Assembly: GCF_004010195.1 (NCBI RefSeq)
Contig: NC_057743.1
Location: 20,319,367 to 20,383,366, forward strand
DNA: 64,000 bases
From: Chiloscyllium plagiosum
Lineage: Eukaryota
Direction of reading: 5' to 3'
The first letter of the stretch is position 1, and every line of letters begins with the position of its first letter. Below, one piece after another: positions 40,701-52,700 of this stretch. A program made the position numbers and the translations under genes. The notes below the pieces were generated by a model. The model was not told the origin of the DNA. It searched no databases and saw nothing but the letters and a program-made list of their open reading frames with translations.

Positions 40701-43700
40701 GTAGTTCTCCGTTGTCCTTTCTTTCGACTGTCACGTCCAGGACTGCGAGTTTGTTGTCGGTTTCTTTCTCCTTGGTGAACTTTATGCCTGTGAGTGTGTT
40801 GTTGATGATGATGTTAAATGTCTCTTCTATCTTGTTTCGTTTTGTAATGACAAAGGTGTCATCTACGTCGCGGGCCCGGATTTTTGGTTTGATGGTTGGT
40901 AGGGCTGTTTGTTGTAGTCTTTGCATTACTGCTTCTGCTATGAATCCTGGTAGTGGAGATCCCATGGGTGTGCCGTTGGTTTGTTTGTAGGTGATGTTGT
41001 TGAAAGTGAAATGGGTGGTGAGGCGCAGGTCCACTAGCTTCATGATGTTTTCACTAGCTTCATGATGTTTTCGTTGGTAATGTGATTGATGGTGGTTGGT
41101 GTGTGTGTGATGGTCTCTTCTAAAAGTGTGGCAAGTGTTTCCTTTGCCAGATCGATGTTGATGGAGGTGAACAGTGCTGCTACGTCGAATGAGATCATTG
41201 CTTCGTCTTCCTCCATTTTGGTGTTTTTGATGATTTTTAGGAATTCCTGGGTGGAGTAGATGGAGTGCTGTGACTCTTTTCTACTAGGTATTTCAGTCTT
41301 GCGTCTAGTTCTTTGGCCAGTCTATAAGTTGGTATTCTGGGTAGTGAGACTGTAAGTCTGAGGGGGGCTCCTGGTTTATGGATTTTTGGTAGTCCGTAGA
41401 ATCGTGGGGTGTTGGGCCCGTCGGGTTTCACTTTTTGGAATTCCATCTTGTTTAATTGTCCGGAACTGTGTAATTTTCTTAGGAGATATGTAATTTTGTT
41501 TCCTAGTTGTGGGGTCGAGTATAGCGCCACCTGTTGGTAGGTGTTGGTGTCTGCGAGTAGTGCATTGGCTTTCTCTATGTAGTCCCATCTGTTTAGGATG
41601 ATTTTGAGCCGACCTTTGTCTGCAGGTAATATAACGATGTTTTTGTCTTTTTTGAGGTTTTCTAGGGCTTTCTTTTCTTGTATGTTCAGTTTTGTTTCCT
41701 TCCCTCTTTCGGCTCAGAGTAGGTGCAACTGTCTGTCTGATCGTTTGCTGTGTTTCTTCCATGAGTTTGTTGTCCTTCAATGTGGTTTCTAATGCCGCTA
41801 GGAAATCCTTCTTGTCAGCGTCTCGGTAATTGAAATTTAATCCTTTTACTAGTACCACTTTTTCTGTGTCTGATCAGGTTCAGTCTGATAAGTTTTTTAT
41901 CCATGCCCCTGTATTATCGGTTTTGTCTTCTTTTGTGAGTTTGTCAAGTTTTTCTTCAGGTCCCGATTTTTCTTTATCTGTGTTTGTCGTTGTTTGGTGT
42001 TTATGGCTCGTTCTACTGCGTCTGTCCATTCTTGATTTGTTGCTTGTTTGAATAACGGTTTTTGGCACGCAATTTCCCGGTTGTATTTTCGGAGTCTGTG
42101 GTGGGCATCATTGATTAGTTCTCGGAGCATTCTGCGGCCATTTTGTTCTGTTAAACTTCTGGCTTGAGGTGTTTTTATCAGCTCTTTATATTGGAGACAT
42201 TTTGGCAGTACCTGGTTTCTTAAATATTCAGCCAGAAACCATAACCACCTTACCATACATCAAAGAAGTTTCAGAAATGACAGCCAGACTACTAAGACCC
42301 CTCGGAATCCTAGTAGCACACAAACCCACCAACACTCTCAAACAAAAACTAACAAACTTAAAAGACCCATGGACAAAATCATCGTCATCTACAAAATTCC
42401 ATGCAAGGACTGCCACAAACACTACCTAGGACAAACAGGAAGAAAATTAGTTGCCAGGATACACTAACACCAGCTAGCCACAGGAAGGGCTTATGCCCGA
42501 AACGTCGATTCTCCTGTTCCTTGGATGCTGCCTGACCTGCGCTTTTTCAGCAACACATTTTCAGCTCTGATCTTCAGCATCTGCAGTCCTCACTTTCTCC
42601 ACAAAAAGTAAGGACCCTCTCTCCCTCGTAGCCCTACACACGGATGAAAAAAACCACCATTTTGACTGGGACAACACATCTATCCTGGGACAAACTAAGC
42701 AAAGACATGCCAGAGAATTCCTAGAGGCCTGACACTCCAACCACAACGCCATAAACAAACACACAGATTTAGATACCATCTATCAACCCCTCAAAAAACG
42801 AACAGGAAATGACATCACCACAAACCCCAGGAACCCCATCCAGGACAAACATATAAATAGAAAGCAGGAGACAACAGCTTCACTTCACTTGGAGGTCACC
42901 ACTGATGATGTTACCTGGCCAGGTAATGAAACGTCTGGATATCAAACCTACAGCTCAGCGAGCAAACCTACACCCTAAAGTATATTTCTGTTAGGGTGAA
43001 AGGAAAGGCTGGTAGGTATTTGGAATGCTGGATGACTAATGAAATTGGGGATTTGATTAAGAGAAAGAAGGAAGCTTATCTCCGGATTAGACAGGATAGA
43101 TCGAGTGAATCCTTAGAGTACAAAGGCAGTCAGAGTATACTTAAGAGGGAAATCAGGAGGGCAAAAAGGGGGAATGAGATGGCTTTGGCAAATAGAATTA
43201 AGGAGAATCCAAAGGGTTTTTACAAATACATTAAGGACAAAAGGGTAACTAGGGAGCGAATAGGGCCCATCAAAAATCGGCAAGGCACCTTTGTGTGGAG
43301 CCGCAGAAAATGGGGGAGATGCTAAATGAGTATTTTGCATCAGTATTTACTGTGGAAAAGGACATGGAAGATCTAGAATGTAGGGAAATAGATGGTGACA
43401 TCTTGAAAAATGTCCACATTATAGAGGAGGAAGTGCTGGATGTCTTGAAACGCATGAAGGTGGATAAATCCCCAGGACCTGATCAGGTGTACCTTAGAAC
43501 TCTGTGGGAAGCTAGGGAAGTGTTTGCTGGGCCTCTTGCTGAGATATTTGTATCATCCATAGTCACAGGTGAGGTGCCGGAAGACTGGAGGTGGGCTAAC
43601 GTGGTGCCAATGTTTTTAAGAAGGGTGGTAAGGACAAGCCAAGGAACTATAGACCAGTGAGCCTGACTTTGGTGGCGGGCAAGTTGTTGGAGGGAATCCT

Positions 43701-46700
43701 GAGGAACAGGATGTACATGTATTTGGAAAGGCAAGGACTGATTAGGGATAGTCAACATGGCTTTGTGCATGAGAAATCATGTCTCACAAATCTGATTGAG
43801 TTTTTTGAAGAAGTAAAAAAGAGGATTGATGAGGGCAGAGTGGTAGATGTGATCTATATGGACTTCAGTAAGGCATCCGACGAGGTTACCCATGGGATCC
43901 TGGTTAGCAAGGTTAAATCTCATGGAATACAGGGAGAACTAGCTATTTGGATACAGAATTGGCTAAAAGGTAGGAGACAGAGGGTGGTGCTGGAGGGTTG
44001 TTTTTCAGACTTGAGGCCTGTGACCAGTGGAGTGCCACAAGGATCGGTGCTGGGTCCTCTACTTTTCATCATTTATATAAATGATTTGGATGTGAGCAAA
44101 AGAGGTATAGTTAGTAAGTTTGTAGAGGTGTAGTGGACAGCAATGAAGGTTACCTCAGATTACAACAGGATCTTGATCATGGGCCAATGGGCTGGGGAAT
44201 GGCAGATAGAGTTTAATTCAAATAAATACGAGGTGCTGCATTTTGGGAAAGCAAATCTTAGCAGGACTTATACACATAATGGTAAGGTCCTAGGGAGTGT
44301 TGCTGAACAAAGAGTTTGGAGTGCAAGTTTGTAGCTCCTTGAAAGTGGAGTCGCAAGTCGATAGGATAATGAAGAAGGCGTTTGGTATGCTTTCCTTTAT
44401 CGGTCAGAGTATTGAACACAGGAGTTGGGAGGTCATGTTGTGGCTGTACAGGACATTGGTTAGACCACTGTTGGAATATTGCATGCAATTCTGGTCTCCT
44501 TCCTTTGAAAAGATGTTGTGAAACTTGAAAGTGTTCAGAAAAGATTAACAAGGATGTTGCCAGGGTTGGAGAATTTGAGCTATAGGGAGACGCTGAACAG
44601 ACTGGGGCTGTTGTCCCTGGAGTGTCGGAGGCTGAGGGGAGACCTTTTCGAGGTTTACAAAATTATGAGGTGCATGAATAGGGTAAATATACAAAGTCTT
44701 TTCCCTGGGGTCGGGGAGTCCAGAACTAGAGGGCAAAGGTTTAGGGTGAGAGAGGAAAGATATAAAAGAGACCTAAGAGGCAATGTTTTCACGCAGAGGG
44801 TGGTACGTGTATGGAATGAGCTGCCAGAGGAAGTGGTGGAGGCTGGTACAATTGCAACATTTAAAAGGCATTTGGATGGGTATATGAGTAGGAAGGGTTT
44901 GAAGGAATATGGGCCGGGTGCTGGCAGATGGGACTAGATTGGGTTGGGATATCTGGTCAGCATGGACGGGTTGGACTGAAGGATCTGTTTTTGTGCTGTA
45001 CATCCCTATGACTCTATGACACAGTCTTGTTACAATTGTACAGGGCTTTGAGATCACAACCTTGGAAAGATCATACTGTTTGATCTCCATATTGGGCAGT
45101 GATCTTTTTGCATTGGAGACGGTGTAGCAAAGATTCACTAGATTGCTCCCTGAATTGAAAAAAACATAGAAAATTGGAACATGAATAGACCATTTGGCCT
45201 TTAAAGCCTGCTGCAGCTTTTCAATATGATGATGGCTGATCATTCAATTCAATACAATGTTCCTGTTTTCTATAGATTCCCCCTTTAATCCTTTTAGTCC
45301 TTAAAAACTGTACCTAATTCTTTCCTGCTAACATTTGATGTTTCAGCCTCATTCTCCTTCAGTGATAGAGAATTCCACAGGCTCACCACTGTCTGGGTGA
45401 AGGAATCTCCCCTCTTCTCACTCCTAAATGGCCTACCTTATATCCTTAGACTGTAACCCCAGGTTCTAAATTCTCTGATTATTGAAAACATCATTCCTGC
45501 ATTTACTGAGTCTAGTCCTGTTAGAATTTATTAGGTTTTTGTGAGTTTCATTCCCATCACATTCTTCTAAACTCCAGTGAACATAGTCCTAACCGATCCA
45601 GTCTCTTCATGCACCAATCCTGTCTGGTAAACCTTTGCTGCACTCCCTCCATAGCCAGAACATCCTTCCTCAGATAAGGAGATTAAAACTGCACACACTA
45701 CTCCAAGTGTGTCTCGTCAAGGACTCGTACAATTGCAGAAAGATAAAACTGCTCTTCTACTTGAATCTTTTTGTTATCAAAGCTAATATATCATTTGCTG
45801 TCTTCACATCTGCGCCTGCATGAAGGTTAGCCAATGATAAGAGGGTGTTCAAATGGACCTGTACTGTCTGGAGGTTAGAAGAATGAGAGGCGATTTAATT
45901 AAAACATGCAAGATTCTGAACAAGCTTTACAAGGATAAACACTGAGTGGTTGTTTACATTGGCTGGGGAATTTCGCACATGGTACAGTCTCAGAGTAAGG
46001 GATTGATAATTTAGAACTAGGTTGAGAAGCTTTGTAACTCAAAGCATTCTGAATATTTTGAATTCCAGAGGATTGTAGAAGCTCCATCAATAAAATGTTT
46101 AAGGCTGAGGTACATTGTTGGTTTCTGATATTTAAGGGAAATGGTGATTGGGCAGAAAAGTGGAGTTGCAGCAGAAGATCAGTTGTAATTGCATTCAAAT
46201 GCAGGTCAGGTTTTATAGGCTCCACTTCAACTTTTATTTCTTATGTTAGGGAAATTGCAGGAAGGTGGAGTTGAGGATTATCAGATCAGCCATGATCTCA
46301 TTGGAGGGCGAAACAGACCTCAATGGGTTGACTGGCCTACTTCTGCTCCTACATCTTATTATATTGCTTCCCAATGTGACAACCAAACATGGCAAGAAGA
46401 TAATTAGATTTAAAATGAGGACTGGCTGATAATCACACTGTTTTATTCAGGGACACATGATTTTATTGATTTTAATTTCGTGGAAAAAGTCTGGCTGCTG
46501 TCTATAAGAACCATGGATGGAACAAATTGGTTCACCTCAATCCAAATCATAGTATACATACGTTTACAGCACACAAGTTTGTTATTTGGTTATGAATTAG
46601 TGCTGCTTCTTAAAAATAATTAAATGGATATATAGTGTGATGGGAAGTTGAAAAATTCTTACTGATATAGTAAGTGCTGATTGTTTGTTGCCATAGTTCT

Positions 46701-49700
46701 AACACATCATCAGAGTACAGAGTTATTGCCCTGTATCTGTTGCATCATCTCCTGATGAAGGAGCGGTGCTCCGAAAGCTAGTGCTTCCAATTAAACCTGT
46801 TGGACTATAATCTGATGTTGTGTAATTTTTAACCTTGTACACCCCAGTCCAACACCAGCATCTCCAAATAATGTCTCCTGTCACTGATATACATCAATGT
46901 GGCTTCTGTCAATGAGAAAGCATATTTAAAATAGTAAAATTCAGTGTTTACGTGTGTGTTGATTTCAAAAAGTGTTCAATTTAACTGGTTGTGATTTTTA
47001 ACCACCAAATACCAGTTTGTCCATCATTTACATTTATAGTCAATTTAAATCACAAGTACATTGTTCAATTTTTACATTTAACATGAGCGTCCATCCATTC
47101 AGTTTACTTCATCTAACCATATCAACACATAAGTTAGCTCGCTGAGCTTGAATGTTTGCTTTCAGACATTTCAGCACCATACTAGGTAACATCATCAGTA
47201 AAAGTCACCCACCTTAAGAAACCAAGGCCAATCAATAGAGAGGCAGGATATACCACCAGCGCTTCATCGGAGACTCTCACTGATGATGTTCCTAGTATGG
47301 AGACGAAACATCTGAAAACAAACCATCAAGTTCAGCGAGTTAACTTACATACTTATCATCAACCTGAGCTACAAATCTTCTTAAAAATTGCATATTGACA
47401 CATCGTTGTAATCCTTCTTGCAGCACAGACTAATCTAATTTCCTGTTAATATATCTATTCTGTTTGCCTCAACCATGATGTTCTCATCAGTCATTCTTTC
47501 TGAGGAAAGAAATTTCTTTTTAATTTATTTGTCCCTCTCTTATAATTATGGTCCCTAGTTTAGATGCCACAAATGCTCTGCATAAATGGAAACATATTTG
47601 TCATCACCATCCTACTGAACCCCATTTACCTCATTCATCTTTTCTCGATTTATGCTCTTTAATTATCATAATTTACAGCTTCTGTGAATCTTCATGTCTC
47701 CTTTACCTACATCTAGATTTATAAAATGGACGCTGACCCTTGTGGCTTATGTTTGATCATCAACAATGTGGATTTCTTTCCAAGTAGTGGTTTGACATGT
47801 CGCTCAGGTTCTGACATCGATTGTGAAAATGTTGAAAATCTCTTTAAGAAGTTACGGTTTGAGGTTATTGTTAAAAGAAATCTGACCAAGCACGTAAGTA
47901 TTTCCAAGAACACTAATTATAACCTCTGATAATTCATTACAGGTTGTGTACAATGTTTCTGTAGAATGCAGCACAGACTTGTCTCAAATACTTCGCAAAG
48001 GTACCCACTGCATGGAACCTGTAGCTTCAGAAACAAGCAAGAGTGTTCCAAAGAGCCAGAAATAAGGAACTATTGAATTTTCTCGAAGTATGATTTTCTC
48101 CAATCTAATGACACAGTTTTCTAGATAACCATATGAATTCATCAAGAGATTTGCATAATGTCTTTGCATAATTTTCCTTGGAACTAACTTCAACCACACC
48201 AATTTAAGAATTATCAAAATGTCTACTGTAAGAATTTAGCAGTCATCTTCATTTTGCAAGGTAAACCTTTGCGAGAATCTCCTGCATAATTGGAGCACAA
48301 GAACAGGAGTAGGTCATTTGGCCCCTCAAATCTGTTCTACCCAATCAATAAGATCATGGCTAATTTTCAACCATATACTTGCCTTTGGCCATATTCTTCA
48401 GTATCTGTTTAAGATAAAAATCAGTCTCAGATTTAAGATTAATAGTTATGTAACTGGCATCAATTGTCATTTGCAGAAGAGTTCCATACTAACACCGGCT
48501 TTTGAAGTGTTTCCTCATTTCATTCCTGAAATGTTGACACTAAACACCCTAGTCCTGATCTGCCCAATCAGTAGCTGGAGTTGAATGTAGCAGAAGATTT
48601 GATGACTTTATCCGTATCAGAAACTGTATATTATACAAACATTTAAAGAGACCTCCTGCCCACGTTTTCTTTCTCCTCTGACTCCCAGCCACCTTTCACT
48701 TGCTCTGGTAACATTGAACAACACCCTATTGTAGTGATTGTAACAAGGTCAGCCAGGTGAACAGCATAGAACATGAGTTCCCGATTGGGACTGTTAATCT
48801 GATCCAATCAGAGAACCCTGGCTGATAGATAAGAACAAGATGTCGAACATCCTGTACACTCTGAGAGCTGGCTCTGCAGGAGGTAGGTCAATGTCAAGAA
48901 CTCGCCATGTGTAAATAAAGGGTGAGTTGGTGAAAGGATATCAGCCTATGGGGAGTCATTTTATTCATGTCTTAGTTATGATATATGTTGGATAATGGTG
49001 TTTCCTCACTCTATTGTGTGATTTTCTCCAACAGGTGATGGTAAAAGAGCTGCAAAGTCTAGCTCTCAAGGACCATACAGCTTTTGACAGTTGCGTTGTT
49101 GTTATTCTTTCACATGGTAGTCAGGTGAGTCAAGTAACTTAAGCAATAAACGCAGCAGCTGCAATGCATAATTTAACCTGGTGGGTCAGTAATATTTAAC
49201 ATTAAAGGTATAGTTTTCTTGTTCTTTCTGTCTGTTTTGTTTTATTTTTCTTCTGTCACATAGCAACTTTTTTTTCTACATTATCTGCCCTATGTTTCCA
49301 GTTGTGTTCCTGCTGAATCTTAGTTGGAATCATTACTCTTCCATAATAGAAATAACCATTGTAAATGTACAAATGTTACTACTGTCTGTGGTGTGCTGCC
49401 CTTAGGTGGATTTTCCAAGTTTATAGACATTCTTTGAGCACCTATACTCATGAAGTGTTGAGTTTCCCAAAAAACATGTCGGTCCCGTTCCTGTAGTATT
49501 GCTGCAAAAATTGTTCAATGGCTTTAACCATTTGAAAAGTCATTTTGAAAAACTGAAACAAATACAAGAAATGCTGAAAATACACAGGGTGATAGGGAAT
49601 AGGTGAGAAATCTGTGTGAGCAACAGATTGGAAGGAAGCTGTTTAATCTACAGAGATTTTAAACAAAATAATGCTGCTTTTCTGCTGTGTTTTACATGAT

Positions 49701-52700
49701 GGTGATCAAGGCTTAGCCAAGTAAGCCTTAGGAAAAAAAAGCTGCAAGGATTTAAAAGATGCTTTCAGCTGTTGGCATTCGTTTGAAGCTCCATGACAGT
49801 CCTTGTTGTCTTGGAATTTACAACCATAAAATCTTGCCAGGCAACCTCAATATAACTCCACTACAGAGGAAAATCTCTAGAGGAGATGATGTCATTGAGA
49901 GTCCTGGTGAGGAAAAAAGGCTTGATGTTCAGTGATGGGGTCATGGTCCACGGGGTGATAGGAAGTGTTTAAGAGACAACCACAAAATGTTTTAGACAAA
50001 CATAAGTTGTTAAATTATAATCAATGAGTTTACATGAAAATATCACTAAACTTTTTTCCTTCTATAATGTACAATGAGTTTATTACAATCCCATGCACCA
50101 ACATTTTTATTGTAAAACATTCTATGCTTTGAACATGTGAATGTAAAGTAATTATTTTGGAACAACATGCTGCTTTTTGCCTATTTGTAAATTTCTGCTG
50201 AGTTGATGAGAGAATGAAGAAGACCTTTGACCAAGTCATAAATTTTAGCTTAATGTGATACAATGTAATCTGATGTCAGTTCTCCATGGTAGTACATCCC
50301 TATGTATTTTTGTTAAGGAGCTGGTTTAAGCTTCATTGTCACTTTACTCAATAAATATTATATGGTACAGCATGCTTTCAAACAGGAAAATCACACACAC
50401 TAACAGATGAGACGGGGAAATGAACGTTCATAGTATGTGACAAATCCCTTCAATTGGTGTGTGAAGAGTGACTACACCTGAACACAATCTCTTTGCCACA
50501 GCATAGTTTGGATACAGAATAAACTGTTTTCCATCTTGTACCTTCCAATAATGTACCTCAGTTCCATCCTCAGAATGCATATGCTACTACAACACTGATA
50601 TTCTACATTTCTCATATCAAACTCCCTTATCTGCTCTCTAAGCAAAGTGAGTTACAGTAGTTATCAGACAGAAGATTTTCATTCCATCATATTACCAAAC
50701 AGAAGTCAGTATAAAACAAGTATTTGTAAGCTAAACCTTTTGCAGTAATTAATGTTAGCTAGGGATAGGTGTACACTGTGTGCAACTACATTCACAACAT
50801 TTCCTGTATGTAAATGCATTCTACGGTATTATGTTGAATTCTATACATGTGTTTCTCTCCTCAGGCTCAGCATAGACAATTTCCTGGTGCAATTTTTGGA
50901 GTGGATGGGGGCCAATCTCTGCCAGTACAGCATATTGTTAGTTACTTTGATGGTTCACACTGCCCAACTTTGCGGGAAAAGCCCAAATTATTCTTCATTC
51001 AGGCCTGTGGTGGTGGTAGGTGCTATATTTGTTGCTGACTTATGTAAATAAAGATGTGTAAGTTAGATCTATTGGCTGTGCTAAAATACCCATAGTGTTC
51101 AGGGATGTGTAGGTTAGGTGCATTAGACATAGGAAATGCAGGGTTGTAGGGATAGAGTAGAGGGAATGGGTCTAGGTGGGATGCTTTTTGGAGAGTTGAT
51201 GTGGACCTTTTGCGCAAAAAGGCCTGTTTCCAAGCTGTGGGGATTCTACTAAATATATAAATAGATCAGCTGCTAGAAATATTAAAAAATGTAAATGTAG
51301 CTACTATTGGGGTCCAGTGACTATATTCAAGAATTAATTTAAATACCCGGCTAAATAACTGTTACCAGAATCTTTCTACCTTGTGCCTGATCTCTGGCGG
51401 GCACTATTTATTGCACAGTTTGAATGGATTAGTACTTTAACTCAACGCTAGAAACAGTGGTCTGATCAATGTTAAAATAATTACTAGCAAGAGACTCCAG
51501 GATAATGGTTATGTTGCTAATCCAGTTAGTAATCTAGTGGCCTTGAATAATAATTAAAACCTACAGGGAAATTTCAGAATTCAAATTCAGTTTTAAAACA
51601 GGCTTTGGAGATGAAGGTATCAATAAATATGACCATGAAGCTTTCAGATTGTCCCAAAAAACAACTGCTTACTTTTCAGAAGCAAGTCTGCCATCTTTCT
51701 CCTGTCTGGCCTATATGTATTTGAAACACAATTGTTAACTGGTGGAGAAAAGTACTCCATTTATCAAATCACTGCAAAGAATAACAAAAGAAAAACTCAG
51801 CTGCAATCAAAACAATTCAAGGGCAGTAGAGATGAGCAATAACTGCTGGCTCAGCCAGCAATGCTCACATCGCATGGATGAATAAATAAAACATTTTTAA
51901 AAGACAGGATTCAAGAAAGGTACACTCAGCCCAGTTAACTCATCAAAGTCATCCTCACTAACATCTGGTCAGAGGTTGGAAATTCTGAGGGGAGTAACTC
52001 ACCTTTTGACTCTCCAAAACCTGTCCACAAGCATTGTGATGAAATATTCTCCATCTGCTTGGATGAATGCAGCTCCACCAACACTTAAGAAGCTCAAAAC
52101 TATTCAGAACAAGCATACTTAAATGGCACCCTATCCATCAGTTTAAAAATGAACTTCTTTCACCAGCAAAGAATATTGGCACCACGTAGACCATCTACAA
52201 TGCATTGCCGCGATTTAATAAAGTACCTTTGTAAGCACCCTCCAAAGTCATGATCTCTAATACTAGAAGGGTAAGGAAAGCAGATGCATGGAACATTACC
52301 ACCTGCAAGTTCCCCTTCAAGCCATCACCATCTTAATTGGAACTGTTGTAATTTCTTCTTTGTCACTGGGTCAAAATCCTAGAACTCCCGAACAGCATCA
52401 TGGGCATACATAACTCCCATGGACTCAGCAATTCAAGAAGGCTACATCTTCTCGAGGGAAATCAGAGATTGCAAATAAATGCTGTAGTCTCCCTGTAGAA
52501 TTTTTAAAAATGTATGATGACATGTTGCTCATCTTTTCCAAGGCCCATGACAATTTATGACTTTACAAAGCTCTTGATGCAGTTCCAATATTAGTTACTT
52601 TGTGGATTAATTGGATGAGTGTTCCCCTCTTGGATCTAAGCACCTGCTTTTTATTCTTATCAATAAGTCTTTCACACTGCAAGCATGCTGAGAGCAGAAA

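Larger units (their letters stand above)
40250..45020 (+). mobile_element. Long CR1 LINE (frameshifted ORF2) split by a PLE, in CASP9 intron 3
   Basis: [52 protein letters not shown]; tail ATGACTCTATGAC; CR1 sequence resumes across the PLE TSD. Confidence 0.92.
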
